DNA of 63,007 nucleotides, counting the filler, from Octopus bimaculoides (lineage: Eukaryota), in NCBI RefSeq assembly GCF_001194135.2. It is 5 parts of 5 records of this genome, joined end to end, with 100 filler letters (N's around TTAATTAATTAA, not from the genome) between each part and the next. Parts side by side here need not be neighbours in the genome. Positions count along the whole stretch, not along the records: positions 1 to 4,732 come from NC_068982.1; positions 4,833 to 21,428 come from NC_068981.1; 3 more parts are not named here. One strand, given 5' to 3'. The notes below the pieces were generated by a model, which did no database searches, was not told the DNA's origin, and worked only from the letters and a program-made list of their open reading frames with translations. The position numbers and the translations under genes were made by a program. How positions within the stretch are numbered: position 1 is the stretch's first letter; every line of letters begins with the position of its first letter. Below, piece after piece: positions 1 to 12,814 of the stretch.

Positions 1-191
1 TATATATATATTCATATATATATATATATATATATATAAATGTTGATATATACATAGACTGAAAGAAGTGAAAGATGTAAGATATATATGTGCATATGTA
101 TGTACGTGAGTATATATTTACATACATATTACATACATACACAAACCCACACAAACACGCACACATATATATAGATATATATATAAATATA

Positions 192-510
192 AGGCTCAGT
201 GTTTAGAGGGTTGGGCTCTCACAATCACGAGGTAGTGTGTTCGATTCCAGACTATGCTGTGTTGTGTTCTTGAGCAAGACACTATATTTCCCATTTCCCC
301 AGTTCACTCAGCCGTAGAAATGAGTTGTGACGTCACAGGTGCCAAGTTGTGTCGGCCTTTGCCTTTCCCTTACATAACATCAGTGGAGTGGAGAAAGGGA
401 GGCTAGTATGCATGGCCGTCTGCTGGTCTTCCATAAACAACCTTGTCCGGACTTGTGCCTCAGAGAGGAACTTAGTAGATGCAATCTAATGGTCATCCGT
501 TGTACGAAAG
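192..510 (+). mobile_element. tRNA-headed SINE (family D variant)
   Basis: Degenerate A/B boxes (GGCTCAGTGTTTAG ... GTGTTCGATTCC) followed by TTGTGTTCTTGAGCAAGACAC, which is shared with copies at 22405, 28048 and 37285. Confidence 0.65.
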
Positions 511-2212
511 AGGATGGAATAAAATATATTTGTGTAAAGTCCATATTTAATCCGTTAAAGTGTAATCGGACGTAGTAAGCTTTTTCTCCATTGAAATTTT
601 CCTCTCTTTCTCGTATAAATACATATTTACTTATTTACTTTAGGCCGTGAGTGACGTCATTAGCTAGTAGGTGGAGAATTTTATCCCGAGGCTATTCCTG
701 CAGTGAAAGCTCTTATCACAATTGAGTTGCTTTGTGTTCTAATCCATATTAAGAGTAAACGCTAGACTCTATACCGTTACTGCTCCGAGAGACTGAATAA
801 GTATTTTCTTGTGTCCATCTCTTCTCTGCGTTTCTATTTCCTTATGAACTGTGCTTTTCTAATCCAGAGGCCTGCAGCATCTCTACGTGTCGCCAAACTT
901 TGCACTTTACTTTTCATAGTTTTGATATAGTGATCTGTGCATACACTAGTGTTTGAAGATCGATGCATGCGTCTTTCACTTTCTGTGGCAAGAACCAGGT
1001 CCACAGGAACGGAGAAAATTTCAGCTGAAATAGTTACAAAGACAAAAAGGACGACAAAAGTCAGATTTATATCAACCTGAAACCTATCAAATTATGGGCC
1101 CCCTATGTCACGGCCTAACAATGTCAAGTCATCCTGTCAGAATGACAATGTAGAGTTTACTCTGAGATAATACCTGTTCCTGGCCAGGAGAGTGACACAT
1201 AAGGAAGCTGCAATCTTAGTCACTCTCTAAACAAATCACTTGACAGCAATCGATCAGCGTCTCTTAATATCGATTTTGATTATAAATTATTTTAATATTG
1301 ATACTCACAAAGTGAATCGCTGAACTATAAATGTCCATCAGAAAAGAACACAATTTTTTCAAGGTAACAGGATCACAGGTAGGATTCCTGGACAGATCAA
1401 TATATTCAAGATAACAATCATAAGCCTTGACGAGACATACAATTGCTGTACAATTCTGGACTGAGGAGGCACATTATATTAAAAAAAAAGGTAGCAAAAC
1501 TTTAGCTTAAAACCGCAGAGAAGAATTGGACGTGTGGATTCTCTCATACATACATACATACATACATGCATACATGCATACATACATACATACATACATA
1601 CATACATACATACATACACACATACATATATATTATGTAAGGTGTAAGTTAGAGGTGTTAAGCCCTCTAAGGGAAAGAAGTATCCAGAGGCTCTCCAGGT
1701 AATTACCTCAGTAAGTATGGTCCTTAGTATAATTTAAAAGGTATACCGTAGTTTATATATAGACGATAGTTTATATATAGACGATAAGAAAATGGAGGAA
1801 AAACAAAAATTAGAAGTGTGTCTGTGGTGCTAAAAAGCCATTATTTAATTAATTAAGCAAGGTGAGGGTAAGAGTGAGTTTACAGCTGTTACTGTGTACC
1901 ATAGTTACTGCAATAGATTTTTATGGAGATATAAACACAGCTGCAGGCACGCCGTACCGTTATACATACATGCATACATAGTTTCGTCTGACGATCCCTA
2001 ACGCAAAACACGTTGGTCATTTTGTATGAAAATAATGAATAAATGTCTTCCTGCACTGGGTTTTAACAGTGAGTTCTTTAATCATTTCACCTGATTTATA
2101 CACGTGTGTGTGTGTGTGCATTTATGCACAGATACATACACACATACAAATAAGAATATGCGTATATATATAGACCTCTCTCTCTCTTTCCCTATATATA
2201 TATGTAAATATA

Positions 2213-2250
<38 letters not shown>

Positions 2251-2269
2251 GTCGAATGAAGAGTATATA

Positions 2270-2415
2270 GAAAGCCGACAACTGATGAAGGGTCGTTCTT
2301 TATGTTACTTGTCCTGTTTTCCATTTGTTTCTCCCGTTCTTTGCATATTGAATTCATTTGTTTTCGTATTTCATGTTGTTTACTGCTGGTGACGTCCTGT
2401 ACCCATATATGCATA
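2270..2415 (+). mobile_element. Non-coding dispersed repeat (family G), 3' part
   Basis: GACAACTGATGAAGGG...GTTACTTGTCCTGTTTTCCATTTG closely matches 34280-34410; flanked by TA microsatellites. Confidence 0.6.
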
Positions 2416-2423
2416 TGTATATA

Positions 2424-2472
<49 letters not shown>

Positions 2473-2635
2473 ATGTGTGTGTGTGTGTGTGTGTGTATGT
2501 GTTTATATATGTATATATACGTTTTCGTTAATTCGTACGTACATTCATAATTTTACTACATACAGATGTATGTTAGTGTGTATATGTACGAGTGGTTATA
2601 TGCGTGTGTATGTACGAATGTGTAATTGTAAGTAT

Positions 2636-2683
<48 letters not shown>

Positions 2684-3410
2684 GCATATATATGGAGAGC
2701 GACGGAAAGAGAAAGATAGAGCAAACGACTTGTTTAAACACTAGATCAGTTTCTTTTTTATTCATCGCCGTGTGTTATTTTTTTTTGTTTGTTGCTGTTT
2801 TTGTACTCCAGCGTTCGTTTGGCTGTTGTTATTACGGAGTACGGAAGCAGATATAAACTTTCTTTTCTTCTGAGCTTCTTCTTTAAACCTAACTTCCGGT
2901 GTTCGATGAATAGACATGAAGGATGTTGTTTAAACACATGCAAGTTGTACATCCTGTTATTCAAGCCTCTCCAAAGAAGATATAGGGCGGTGCATCAGGT
3001 CAGGCTTGGGTGAGACGCCATCATGGCGAGAACATCTACTCCTCAAACGTTTACACTCGCCCTATATACGTACATATGTATGAGCGTCTATATGCATGTA
3101 TGTTAGCATATATATATATATGTATATGTGTGTGTGTGTGTATGTATATGTACATATATATATATATATATGTATATATGTATATATATTTGTGTATATA
3201 CATGTACTTATATATATGTGTATGTATGTGTACATATATACATATATATATATATACACATATATACATATATTTATGTACATACACGCACATACATATA
3301 TGTGTATATGTATGTATATATATCTACAGACACGAATTTTTATATGTATATCTATCTATCTACACACACACGCAAACTCACACACACACATACACACGTA
3401 TGCATATATG

Positions 3411-3445
<35 letters not shown>

Positions 3446-3836
3446 ATTTGTGTGTATATATGTATATATATATATATATATATANNNNNNNNNNNNNNNN
3501 NNNNNNNNNNNNNNNNNNNNNNNNNNNNNNNNNNNNNNNNNNNNNNNNNNNNNNNNNNNNNNNNNNNNNNNNNNNNNNNNNNNNNNNNNNNNNNNNNNNN
3601 NNNNNNNNNNNNNNNNNNNNNNNNNGAGAGAGAGAGAGAGCGATACATACATACACACACATCCATACATATATATATCGTTTACGTATGTATCTATTTT
3701 CCTGTATGTATGTGTTTGTTTTGTCAATCTATCTGTTTGTAAGCATGAATGATTCTGTATGTGGGTGTTCTGATAGGTGCAAATGTAGAAAGGTAAATAG
3801 TCGGGGGAGAATTATTGTTCACAAGTATTAGATTGC

Positions 3837-3884
<48 letters not shown>

Positions 3885-4439
3885 GTGCGCGCGTGTGCGT
3901 GCGTGTGCGTGCGTGTGTGTATGCTCATATCCGTTTGTATTTATTTGTACGTAGCCTACCTACTACAGACCAGAAAGTTTGATTAATTACCTGAAATGCA
4001 CAGTAATGTAAATGATAATTATTTTAAGAGGAAGGAAGGGAGACAACTTCGAATATCAAACTGATTAAAAATTAACTGGAGGCATGTATTGACGAACGAG
4101 CATGATCCTTACTTGGTAGAGTATCTGGGTTGACTTTACTTTTCACGAAAAGAATTATCGTCAACAGTAATAAATTTCCTCATTAGACATGTAATTTCAA
4201 CTCATTAATTTACCTCTTTGGCTCACTCTAATAAGTGTCTCATCACCACTTAACTACAACATTCACATGCAAGTGGAATTCTTGAAAGATTTTCTCGATA
4301 TTATTCTTGCCTGTCTGTGGCGTGTGTTGATGTAGAATTGTGTGTATACTTAAATATATATACATTGAAGTAAAGATGAATAAAGGTGTTCCAGTAGTGT
4401 GCGTCCATTCTTTTGGTGACTGTAGAATTATAATATCAT

Positions 4440-4685
4440 GCAGGGACGTAAATACACCAACATCGGTTGTCAAGTGATGGGGGGGGGGGTGATAAACACA
4501 GACACACACACACACACACACACTTACATATGACGGGCGTCTTTCGGTTTCCGTCTACCAAATCCACTCACAAGTCTTTGATCGGCCCGGGCTATATCAG
4601 AAGACACTTGCCGAAGGTGGCACGCAGTGGAACTGAATCCAGAACCATGTGGTTGGGAAGCAAGCTTCTTACCACGCAGCCACTA
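4440..4685 (-). mobile_element. SINE family A (tRNA head, CORE-like body), partial
   Basis: Reverse complement of GGCTGCGTGGTAAGAAGCTTGCTTCCCAACCACATGG...GGCAAGTGTCTTCTG...GGATTTGGTAGACGGAAAC, as in the full copy at 42642. Confidence 0.8.
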
Positions 4686-5074
4686 TGTGTATGTATGTAC
4701 ATGTATAATATATATATATATATATATATATANNNNNNNNNNNNNNNNNNNNNNNNNNNNNNNNNNNNNNNNNNNNTTAATTAATTAANNNNNNNNNNNN
4801 NNNNNNNNNNNNNNNNNNNNNNNNNNNNNNNNTATATATATATATATATATATATATATCATAATGGATATATCAAAATGTTTATTTGTTTATTCATAAA
4901 CATCAGAATTTTAAGACTGCGTGTCAAAATTAATATATTTGCAATTCAAAAGAATATTACGTATCAAACTTCAGTTCTTTAAATGTAAGAATGCATACAT
5001 ACATATATATACATACATACACGTGCGCACATGTATGTACACACATGCACACAAAAACACACACGCACATACAT

Positions 5075-5222
5075 ATATGCAGGCATGGTTGTGCGGTGAG
5101 AAGATTGCTTCCCAATCACAGAGTAGCTGCGTTGACACCTTAGGCATACATCTATTATAGCTCAAGGCCTACCAAGGCTTTACGAATGGACTTGGTTGTC
5201 GAAAACTGAAGGAAGTCCGTTG

Positions 5223-5306
<84 letters not shown>

Positions 5307-5645
5307 TTTGTTTGTGTCTTACCATCGCTTATTAATCGGTGTTAGTTCATTTACGTCTTCGTAACTTAGCAATTCGGTGAAAAGAGCACGAAATAATATG
5401 TACCAGTCTTTTAAAAAATAAGTACTGCGGTTGATTTACTAGACAAAACACATTAAGGCGGTGCCTCGGCATATCCGCAGTCCAATAGCTGAAACAAGTT
5501 AAAAGTTAGCGGTTCGGCAAAAGTGACCGGTAGAATAAGTATTAGGCTTACAAAGAATAAGTCCTGGGGTCGATTTGCTCGACTAAAGGCGGTGCTCCAG
5601 CATGGCCACAGTGAAATGACTGAAACAAATAAAAGAGTAAAAGAG
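5075..5645 (+). mobile_element. SINE family A with GT microsatellite and duplicated 3' tail
   Basis: Degenerate head at about 5075-5220, then (GT)n, then two successive tails ending GGCGGTGC...CAGT..ATGACTGAAACAA. Confidence 0.7.
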
Positions 5646-6364
5646 TATATATATACACACCTAAATATATATACATATATATATATATACCTATATATAT
5701 ATATATATACATATACATACAGACACATACATACATACATACATACATGTGTGTATGNNNNNNNNNNNNNNNNNNNNNNNNNNNNNNNNNNNNNNNNNNN
5801 NNNNNNNNNNNNNNNNNNNNNNNNNNNNNNNNNNNNNNNNNNNNNNNNNNNNNNNNNNNNNNNNNNNNNNNNNNNNNNNNNNNNNNNNNNNNNNNNNNNN
5901 NNNNNNNNNNNNNNNNNNNNNNNNNNNNNNNNNNNNNNNNNNNNNNNNNNNNNNNNNNNNNNNNNNNNNNNNNNNNNNNNNNNNNNNNNNNNNNNNNNNN
6001 NNNNNNNNNNNNNNNNNNNNNNNNNNNNNNNNNNNNNNNNNNNNNNNNNNNNNNNNNNNNNNNNNNNNNNNNNNNNNNNNNNNNNNNNNNNNNNNNNNNN
6101 NNNNNNNNNNNNNNNNNNNNNNNNNNNNNNNNNNNNNNNNNNNNNNNNNNNNNNNNNNNNNNNNNNNNNNNNNNNNNNNNNNNNNNNNNNNNNNNNNNNN
6201 NNNNNNNNNNNNNNNNNNNNNNNNNNNNNNNNNNNNNNNNNNNNNNNNNNNNNNNNNNNNNNNNNNNNNNNNNNNNNNNNNNNNNNNNNNNNNNNNNNNN
6301 NNNNNNNNNNNNNNNNNNNNNNNNNNNNNNNNNNNNNNNNNNNNNNNTATATATATATATATAC

Positions 6365-6790
6365 TGATTTCAAATTTTGGCACAGAGCCAGCAATTTAGG
6401 GGAGAGGTAAGTTGATTACATTAACTCCAGTGTTCAACTGGTACCTATTTTATCGACCCCGAAAGGATGAAAGCAAAATCGACTCTGGTAGACTTTGAAC
6501 TCAGAACGTAAAGATAGACGAAATGCCGCCAAGCATTCAGCCCGACGTGTCAGCTCTCCACCTTAAGATGCGTACGTTTATTGGTTTTAAATTTTGGCAC
6601 AAGCCCAGCAGATTTGGTGAAGGGGATAAGTCGATTAAATTGAGCCCAGTTTTCAACTGGTGCTTATTTTATTGACCCCGAAAGAATGAAAAGCAAAGTC
6701 TACCCGGACGGAATTTAAACTCAGAACGTAAAGACAAACGAAATGCCGCTAAGCGTTTTGTCTGGCTTGCTAATGATTCCGCCTATTGAC
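6365..6790 (-). mobile_element. Two head-to-tail SINE family B copies
   Basis: Two units of about 215 bp, each AAATTTTGGCACA...TTTTATCGACCCCGAAAGGATGAAAGCAAA...GAACTCAGAACGTAAAGA...GCCGCTAAGC. The minus strand has a tRNA-like B box (GAGTTCAAA). Confidence 0.85.
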
Positions 6791-6914
6791 CATATAGATG
6801 CGTATATATTAACAAGAGAATTGAGATTAAGCCACTAAAGAAGCTGCTACGTTATCACTTGATCTGCAAGAAACAACAACCAAATTTCCCTCAAGTTATA
6901 TTATTATATCTGCA

Positions 6915-7310
6915 CGCAACTATGACTGTGCGGTTAAAAAGCTCGCTTTCCAAACACGTGGCTTTAGGTTCAGTCCCGGTGCGCGGTACCTTGGGCAAGT
7001 GTCTTCTATAATAGCTACTGGCAAACAAAAACATTGTGAATGAATTTAGAAGATGGAAACTGGGTGGAAGCTCGTCGTATATGTGTATGTGTGTCTTTGT
7101 GTTTGTATTTGTCCCTATCCACTACTTGACAACCGATATTGGTTTGTTTACGTCCCCGTTGCTTAAAGGCTCAGCAAAAAAGACCAAATGAATAAGTACC
7201 AGGCTTTAGAATAAATGCTGGGATTAATTTATTCAACTAAACGCTTCAAGATGGTGCGCCCATCATGGCTGCAGTCCAGTGAGTGAAACAAATAAACGTA
7301 AAAGATACTA
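6915..7310 (+). mobile_element. SINE family A, near full length
   Basis: Head (ACTGTGCGGT...GGTTCAGTCCC), CORE-like ACCTTGGGCAAGTGTCTTCTA, and tail GGTGCGCCCATCATGGCTGCAGTCCAGTGAGTGAAAC. Confidence 0.8.
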
Positions 7311-7554
7311 TTTTATAAAACACAGTCGCCGATGTCTATTATAAAAGATGAGTTAGTCATGGGTAGAACGCCATTTTTTATTGGTATCGTCATTAAATCG
7401 TCAATTTCAATAAGATGCGATATTTGTTCCAGCTTACAGGATTTAGAGTTCAAAAACGTGCGGACGTTAACTTCGCCATTCATCTTTTCTGGATCGCTAG
7501 ATAAAATATCAACTCAACGCTAATACAGACCTCTCCTCGCGCTCTCTCTCTCTC

Positions 7555-7602
<48 letters not shown>

Positions 7603-8009
7603 TGTCTCTCTGTGTGGATGTCCCATTGGATCAAAGGTAGAAGGGTGAAGATGTCTGTATTTGCTCAAAACCACAGAAGCTCCAAAACGTATAGGCAACA
7701 TATCGCCCATAATTAATGCCAAGACATTCTCAGCTTCACTTGATCGCTTTAGTTTCTTTTAGCTATTTATTGTTTCTTAAGCAGAACATTCTTTTGCTTG
7801 CTTTATACATTATCTCACTCAGCAGTTATAACAGGTCATCCTTCCGACTACATTCAACAAGTTGTCTGTACCTGCCTTGCCCTTCAATTCGGACAGTGGC
7901 TCTGCTTATGGGGAGGCTGAATATTCATCAGTCAACCCGTGTTATAGTCATGATATACAGGGTATCCACCATCAGGTTTCATTTCATCCAAAAGGAAATA
8001 TATTGTCTT

Positions 8010-8415
8010 ATACAGGGTAGGATAGAGACGGCGGATGTTTTTTGCCATACCTCCGGAAAGGGTCAGAAGTGATTAACAAAGAATTTATGCGACTTCACCA
8101 ACCCCAACTTCTGGCCTCTCAATTCATCCCATGGATTACTATGTGTGGATGCAACACCAAGACCGAACTGGTGGCCAAGATCAAGGAGTAGTTCGAAGAT
8201 CTCCCCAGGGACACAGTGAGGAACGCATGCGCCAATTTCCAGAGCTGTCTTGAAGTCGTGGAGGAAACTAAAGGTGGCTACTTTGAGTAAACTGTTATCT
8301 CCCAGCTTTCATCAAGTTGATATTTTTTGAAGTGTTGAAATACTTTTATTTTTGGATAGGATATTGTTTTGCTTTTTCCCTTTATGCAAACTGTCAAATT
8401 TAACCCGAACATCAA
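8010..8415 (+). mobile_element. Decayed Tc1/mariner remnant, DD37D (maT)-like C-terminus
   Basis: Translation across stops and deletions gives CHTSGKGQK*LTKNLCDFTNPNFWPLNS / PMDYYVW / NTKTELVAKIKE*FEDLPRDTVRNACANFQSCLEVVEETKGGYFE*. This matches the WPPNSPDLNPMDY...GG.FE pattern. Confidence 0.65.
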
Positions 8416-8469
8416 GTGTATGTATATATATATATGCGCGCGCTCGCACACACACACACACACACACAC

Positions 8470-8612
8470 CTTTTATTTTCCCTTTATGAAATCCATTCAC
8501 AAGGCTTTGGTCGACTCAATAAGAGACACCTACCCAAGGTGCCACGCAGCAGGACTGAACCGCAGACCACAATGATGGGGAAGCAAGCTTCTTACCACAC
8601 AGCCACGTCTGT
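8470..8612 (-). mobile_element. SINE family A head
   Basis: Reverse complement of GTGGCTGTGTGGTAAGAAGCTTGCTTCCCC...GCGTGGCACCTTGGGTAGGTGTC. Confidence 0.75.
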
Positions 8613-9579
8613 CTTTTGATTTGTAAGTTTCTTGATGTGAACTCAAATGTTGAAAGAGATTTTATTTTTGGCGTAACGACCGTCCCGGGACATATCTTCA
8701 GTACACATCTTCGGTAAATGAGCTTCAAAAATAAGTACGTTATCAAATAACGTAGTTTCAAATGAAATTCCCCGGGTTAGCAAATTGGCTGAGTTGTTGA
8801 AACGCATGAAAAACATTCCTCGTAGAATTTCTTCTACCTTACTGTTCCTTGAGATCAAATCTCGTTTGAGTCAACATTATTTCTAGGGATAGATAAAATT
8901 ATGGTAGATACATGAAAGCGTTGGAACGTCATTTAGGATATTTTACAGTATTTGTTCTAGCTCACTCAGCTCTGAGTTCAAATCTCGCCGGGTCAACTTT
9001 ACCCTTCATATTTTGGGGTCGATAAAATTTCGGTAGACAGACAGAATTTTAGAATGTCGGGCGACATGCATTGTGGTATTTTTTTCTGTTTTTGAGAAGA
9101 TAAACTTAATCCGTCGATTGGTCTAACACCACCACCATCTGAACCTTGATTACTTTTAACGAGGTTCATTCTGTTGCAAGCATTTGGACTTGCAAACAGG
9201 TCTCCTGTTTGAACATAACTTTCCCCGCTCTTGTCACCCATTCCGAACACCCTTCAAAAATAAGGGCTGTAGGCAAAAAAGAAATAGTAAGTTGATGATG
9301 ACATTCATATTCCTTTTTAATATGTACCAGCAGATTCGAACGAGAATATGCTAATCGCTTTTGTATTTCGTCATTTACGATCGATTTCTCCTTTCAGACG
9401 TATGTGTATTCATAAGGGTCTTTGGAACACCTGGTATTTAGACCTTGTTGTCTCCTTAGCCAAATCTCTACTGAACTAATGATTCTAACAAGGGCTTTTG
9501 GCTCTTGTTTATAATTTCAGCAGAGAAATTATTTAGTGATGCGTTAGATTCGGCCTATCCACAGTCTTTTATAATAACT

Positions 9580-10800
9580 CTTTCTAATTTAGGCACAAGG
9601 CCAGTAATTTTGAGAGGTGGAAGTTCAGTCCATACCATCGATCTGGTACTTTCTTTTTACCAGCCCCGAAAGGATAGGTAAGTTAACTTTAGCGGGATTT
9701 GAACTCAGAGTGTAAAGAGCTGGAATAAATACCGCAAAGCATTTTTTACCTATGTTCTGTTTTCAGTGGTATTTATAATAATGGGGTTTTTACATACACA
9801 TAAGGTTACAAATGTGTTTGCGAGGTTTAAACGATTATACCGACCTCAGTATTTGACTGGTATTTTATTAACTCTGAAAAATGAAGCTGATCTCGTAAGA
9901 GTCGGAGCAAATACTGCAGGACATTTTATATTCCTATCTGACAATTCTGCCAAAGCACCACCCAAATTTTATATTCCTTTCTACAATAAGCAGAAGGCGG
10001 GGGCTAGTCAATTAAATCGACCTCAGTGTTTGACTGGAACTTACCTTAGCGACCCGAAAGGGATGAAAGACGAAGTCGACTTTGACGGAATTTCAAGTCA
10101 GAACGTAAACCCAACCTATATAGGAGTTTTAAGTTTTGGCACAAGGCCAGCAAGTTCGGGGAAGGGGGCAAGTCGATTACATCGACCCCAGTATTCAACT
10201 GGTCCTTATTTTATCGACCCTGAAACGATGAGAAGCAAAGTCAACCTCGGCGGAATCTGAACTCAGAACGTAAAGACGGACGAAATACCATTAAGCATTT
10301 TGTTCGACGTGCTAACAACTCTGCCAGGTCGCTGCCCTACCCAAAATTAAAATTGATTTCGAAATTTAGCACAATGCCAGCAATTTGGGGGAAGGGGTAA
10401 GTCGATTACATCGACTTCAGCACTCAACTAGTATTTATTTTAGCGAACCCGAAACGACGAAAGGCAAGGTCGACCTCGGAGAATTTTGAACTCAGAATTC
10501 AAAAATGGACGGAATGCCGCTAAGCATTTTGCCTGGCGTGCTAATGATACTACCAATTCGCCGCCTCAAACCCAAACTTATATTGGTTTCAAATTTTGGC
10601 ACAAGACCGGAAATTTCGGGGAAGGGGGCTAAGACGATTATATCGACCTCCAGTATTCAACTGATACTTTATCGACCCCGAAACGATTAAAGAAAAGTTG
10701 ACCTCGGCGGATTTTGAATTCAGAATCTAAAGATGGACGAAATACCGCTAAGTATTTCTCCCAGCATGCAAACGTTTCTTCCAGCACGCCGCCTTATACC
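9580..10800 (-). mobile_element. Array of about six same-orientation SINE family B copies
   Basis: Units at about 9580, 9790, 9975, 10125, 10355 and 10585 share CGACCCCAGT...TTTTATCGACCCCGAAA...GAACTCAGAA; some are truncated. Confidence 0.85.
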
Positions 10801-12814
10801 CAAATTTAATATCAAAATGCAATAGATTTAACAATAAGGAATAAACTTTAAAAAAAGTAGGCAATATGTGAGAGGATGCCTAGTCAATAAAGTAGTAAAA
10901 CTTGTTGGATAAAACTGTTTGGAGGTTCATTGTAAATGAGAAATTGCTGAAGTCTTCTATGATACAATACCAACTTTAGTATTTTTATTGAAGTAAGTTT
11001 AGATAGAAATAAAACTTTCAAACTCTGTATTTTTTTCCTTTGTTTACATAAAAAAATTGTTCTGAATTATTGTAAAAGTAACATTTTCTAAAAACATCAA
11101 GTTGATTTTGAATTTTCATAGACCCGAACCCAGTTCGCCAGCCTCAAAAGACACTCATTGAAATCTCAAGTTAGAAAACTGGTAATTTTCTAAGAATGTT
11201 TATTTCCTCGACAAATAATAAAATGTTACTTGTAAGAAAATCCAAATTCTATTAACCTCAACAGACACGATACAACTTTGTATTCATATCAGCGGATATG
11301 ATACAACTTTGTACATCATGATAGAATCTACAAGAGTCTTTGAATTAATTATTTGTCTTTCATCGGAAACGTTGAAAGATTCTGAAATTATTGATACCAA
11401 AAGATAACATAGTCGCTCTTTGCTTGTTATCTTATCTAGATACTGAGATCAGTCAATTATAAATCAACAATAAATATTTTCGTATAATAGAGCTGTTAGC
11501 AAATTTACTATGAAGTATTAGGCAATTTTCAAACTTTCCAATTGTCTACCTAACTTAAACAGTACCTTCCCATTAACAGGAAACCACAAAGTAAGATAAA
11601 TTAGTGCTTTTATTCACAGACAAAGAGCCTGTATAAAGGCGATCGCTAATCAGGAAAAATCTGACTGTAGTTCTCCAGGAGAAAAAGATGGCCGTTATTT
11701 AAGTAGTTAATTATAAAACCAACACTATGTGTTCTCGTTGATGATGAGGTGTAAAAATCATTTGTTTTCAACAATACATCAGTCGGGATTCACAACACGC
11801 CTGTTGCCGTTTCTTAAGTTCTTCAATGATGTTTCTTTCTTACTTTTAATATCAGCTCTCTTTCGCTAGATTCTTTTATCAAATCAATTTTCCATTCTTC
11901 ATTTTCGATTAAGAATTGTTCATCAATTTTCCATATTGTGCTGAGTATTCTACCTTTGAAGAACCGTTCCATTATGTTGCTATAAAATCAATCGATTTAC
12001 TTTTCCCCCTAAATCAAAGTGTCCCATCTACTTCTCGATATTTCCATTTCAAATACAGGTTACATAAAACTAATGAATTGCAGTATACTTACAGTCTAGA
12101 ATAGGCTTGAACAGATCAGAAAACAATGAAGAAGGACAAAAAAAAATACTGCAGATTACAGCAGACTTTGAAACGAAGTAAATAAAGTAGTTCTTTTCTT
12201 AATTATGAATTACCAATTGGAAACGGAAGAAATGATTTTTGCCTTTGGTTTTAACATTCTATTCTACTCAGAAATTCATAAAATGTCGCCTGTCTTTCTC
12301 TGTTATATCTGAGAAGCTACCACGTAGCCTTCTTGCAAAATTTTATAGCTAAATTAGTCACATATTGCACAATAATGTATCAACCGATACCAGATTTTTC
12401 CAAACAACCGTGTCTTTACAGATATCTTAAACACTAGCGAGCGGTGTATGCTATAGCGTAGCAATAATTTATAGAGTATGTTTTTGAAAGGTAGAAAAAT
12501 AGCTGACTAGTGTCGCAGATAATGCCTTACGGTATTCATTCCGGTTCTCTAAACCCTGTCGAGAACAACTTAGCCATTTCGGGATAGATAAATAAAATAC
12601 TAGAGTACTAGGGTCGTTGCTTCCTTCTTTCTTTCTGATAAAAAAAAATCGGTTCCCCCAGGTTTATAATGCCCAACACATGCCGTTTGCCACTACGATT
12701 CTATCAGGATTTAAATTCCGTCCAAATATGCCATTAATATTAATCATGTAACATAATTTTTTAAAATCATAATATGATTATTCGTAAATCATTTAATAGT
12801 ATACATATTCCTAA

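Noticed and set aside
1985-2020. CTGACGATCCC...CAAAACACGTTGG, a possible hammerhead remnant
   Set aside because: Stem II cannot pair and GAAA is absent; too decayed to support.
2758-3013. Overlapping 68-74 aa ORFs on both strands in unique sequence
   Set aside because: No recognisable motif or consistent splice pair; this length can arise by chance.
3010-3831. Long ORFs rich in Y/I/C/V/H/T (also 22804-24986, 32956-33679, 55526-58849, etc.)
   Set aside because: Translations of TA/TG/CA microsatellites, often read through N gaps; no coding complexity.
4733-4832. TTAATTAATTAA palindrome inside N runs (also 21429-21528, 52218-52317, 54906-55005)
   Set aside because: Always exactly 44 N + 12 bp + 44 N = 100 bp, with stops in all six frames: an artificial scaffolding linker, not biology.
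5453-6410. 200-360 aa ORFs that are mostly X (also 13322, 27144, 35450, 37536, 41263, 43149, 53322)
   Set aside because: Created by the ORF caller reading through assembly gaps.
9766-10260. 164-aa plus-strand ORF
   Set aside because: Lies wholly within the antisense of stacked SINE B copies; the internal peptide repeat simply reflects the repeated SINE.
9580-10812. Repeat-spacer appearance suggesting CRISPR
   Set aside because: Units are about 220-bp diverged SINEs in a eukaryotic context, the short spacers are the conserved part, and there are no cas genes.
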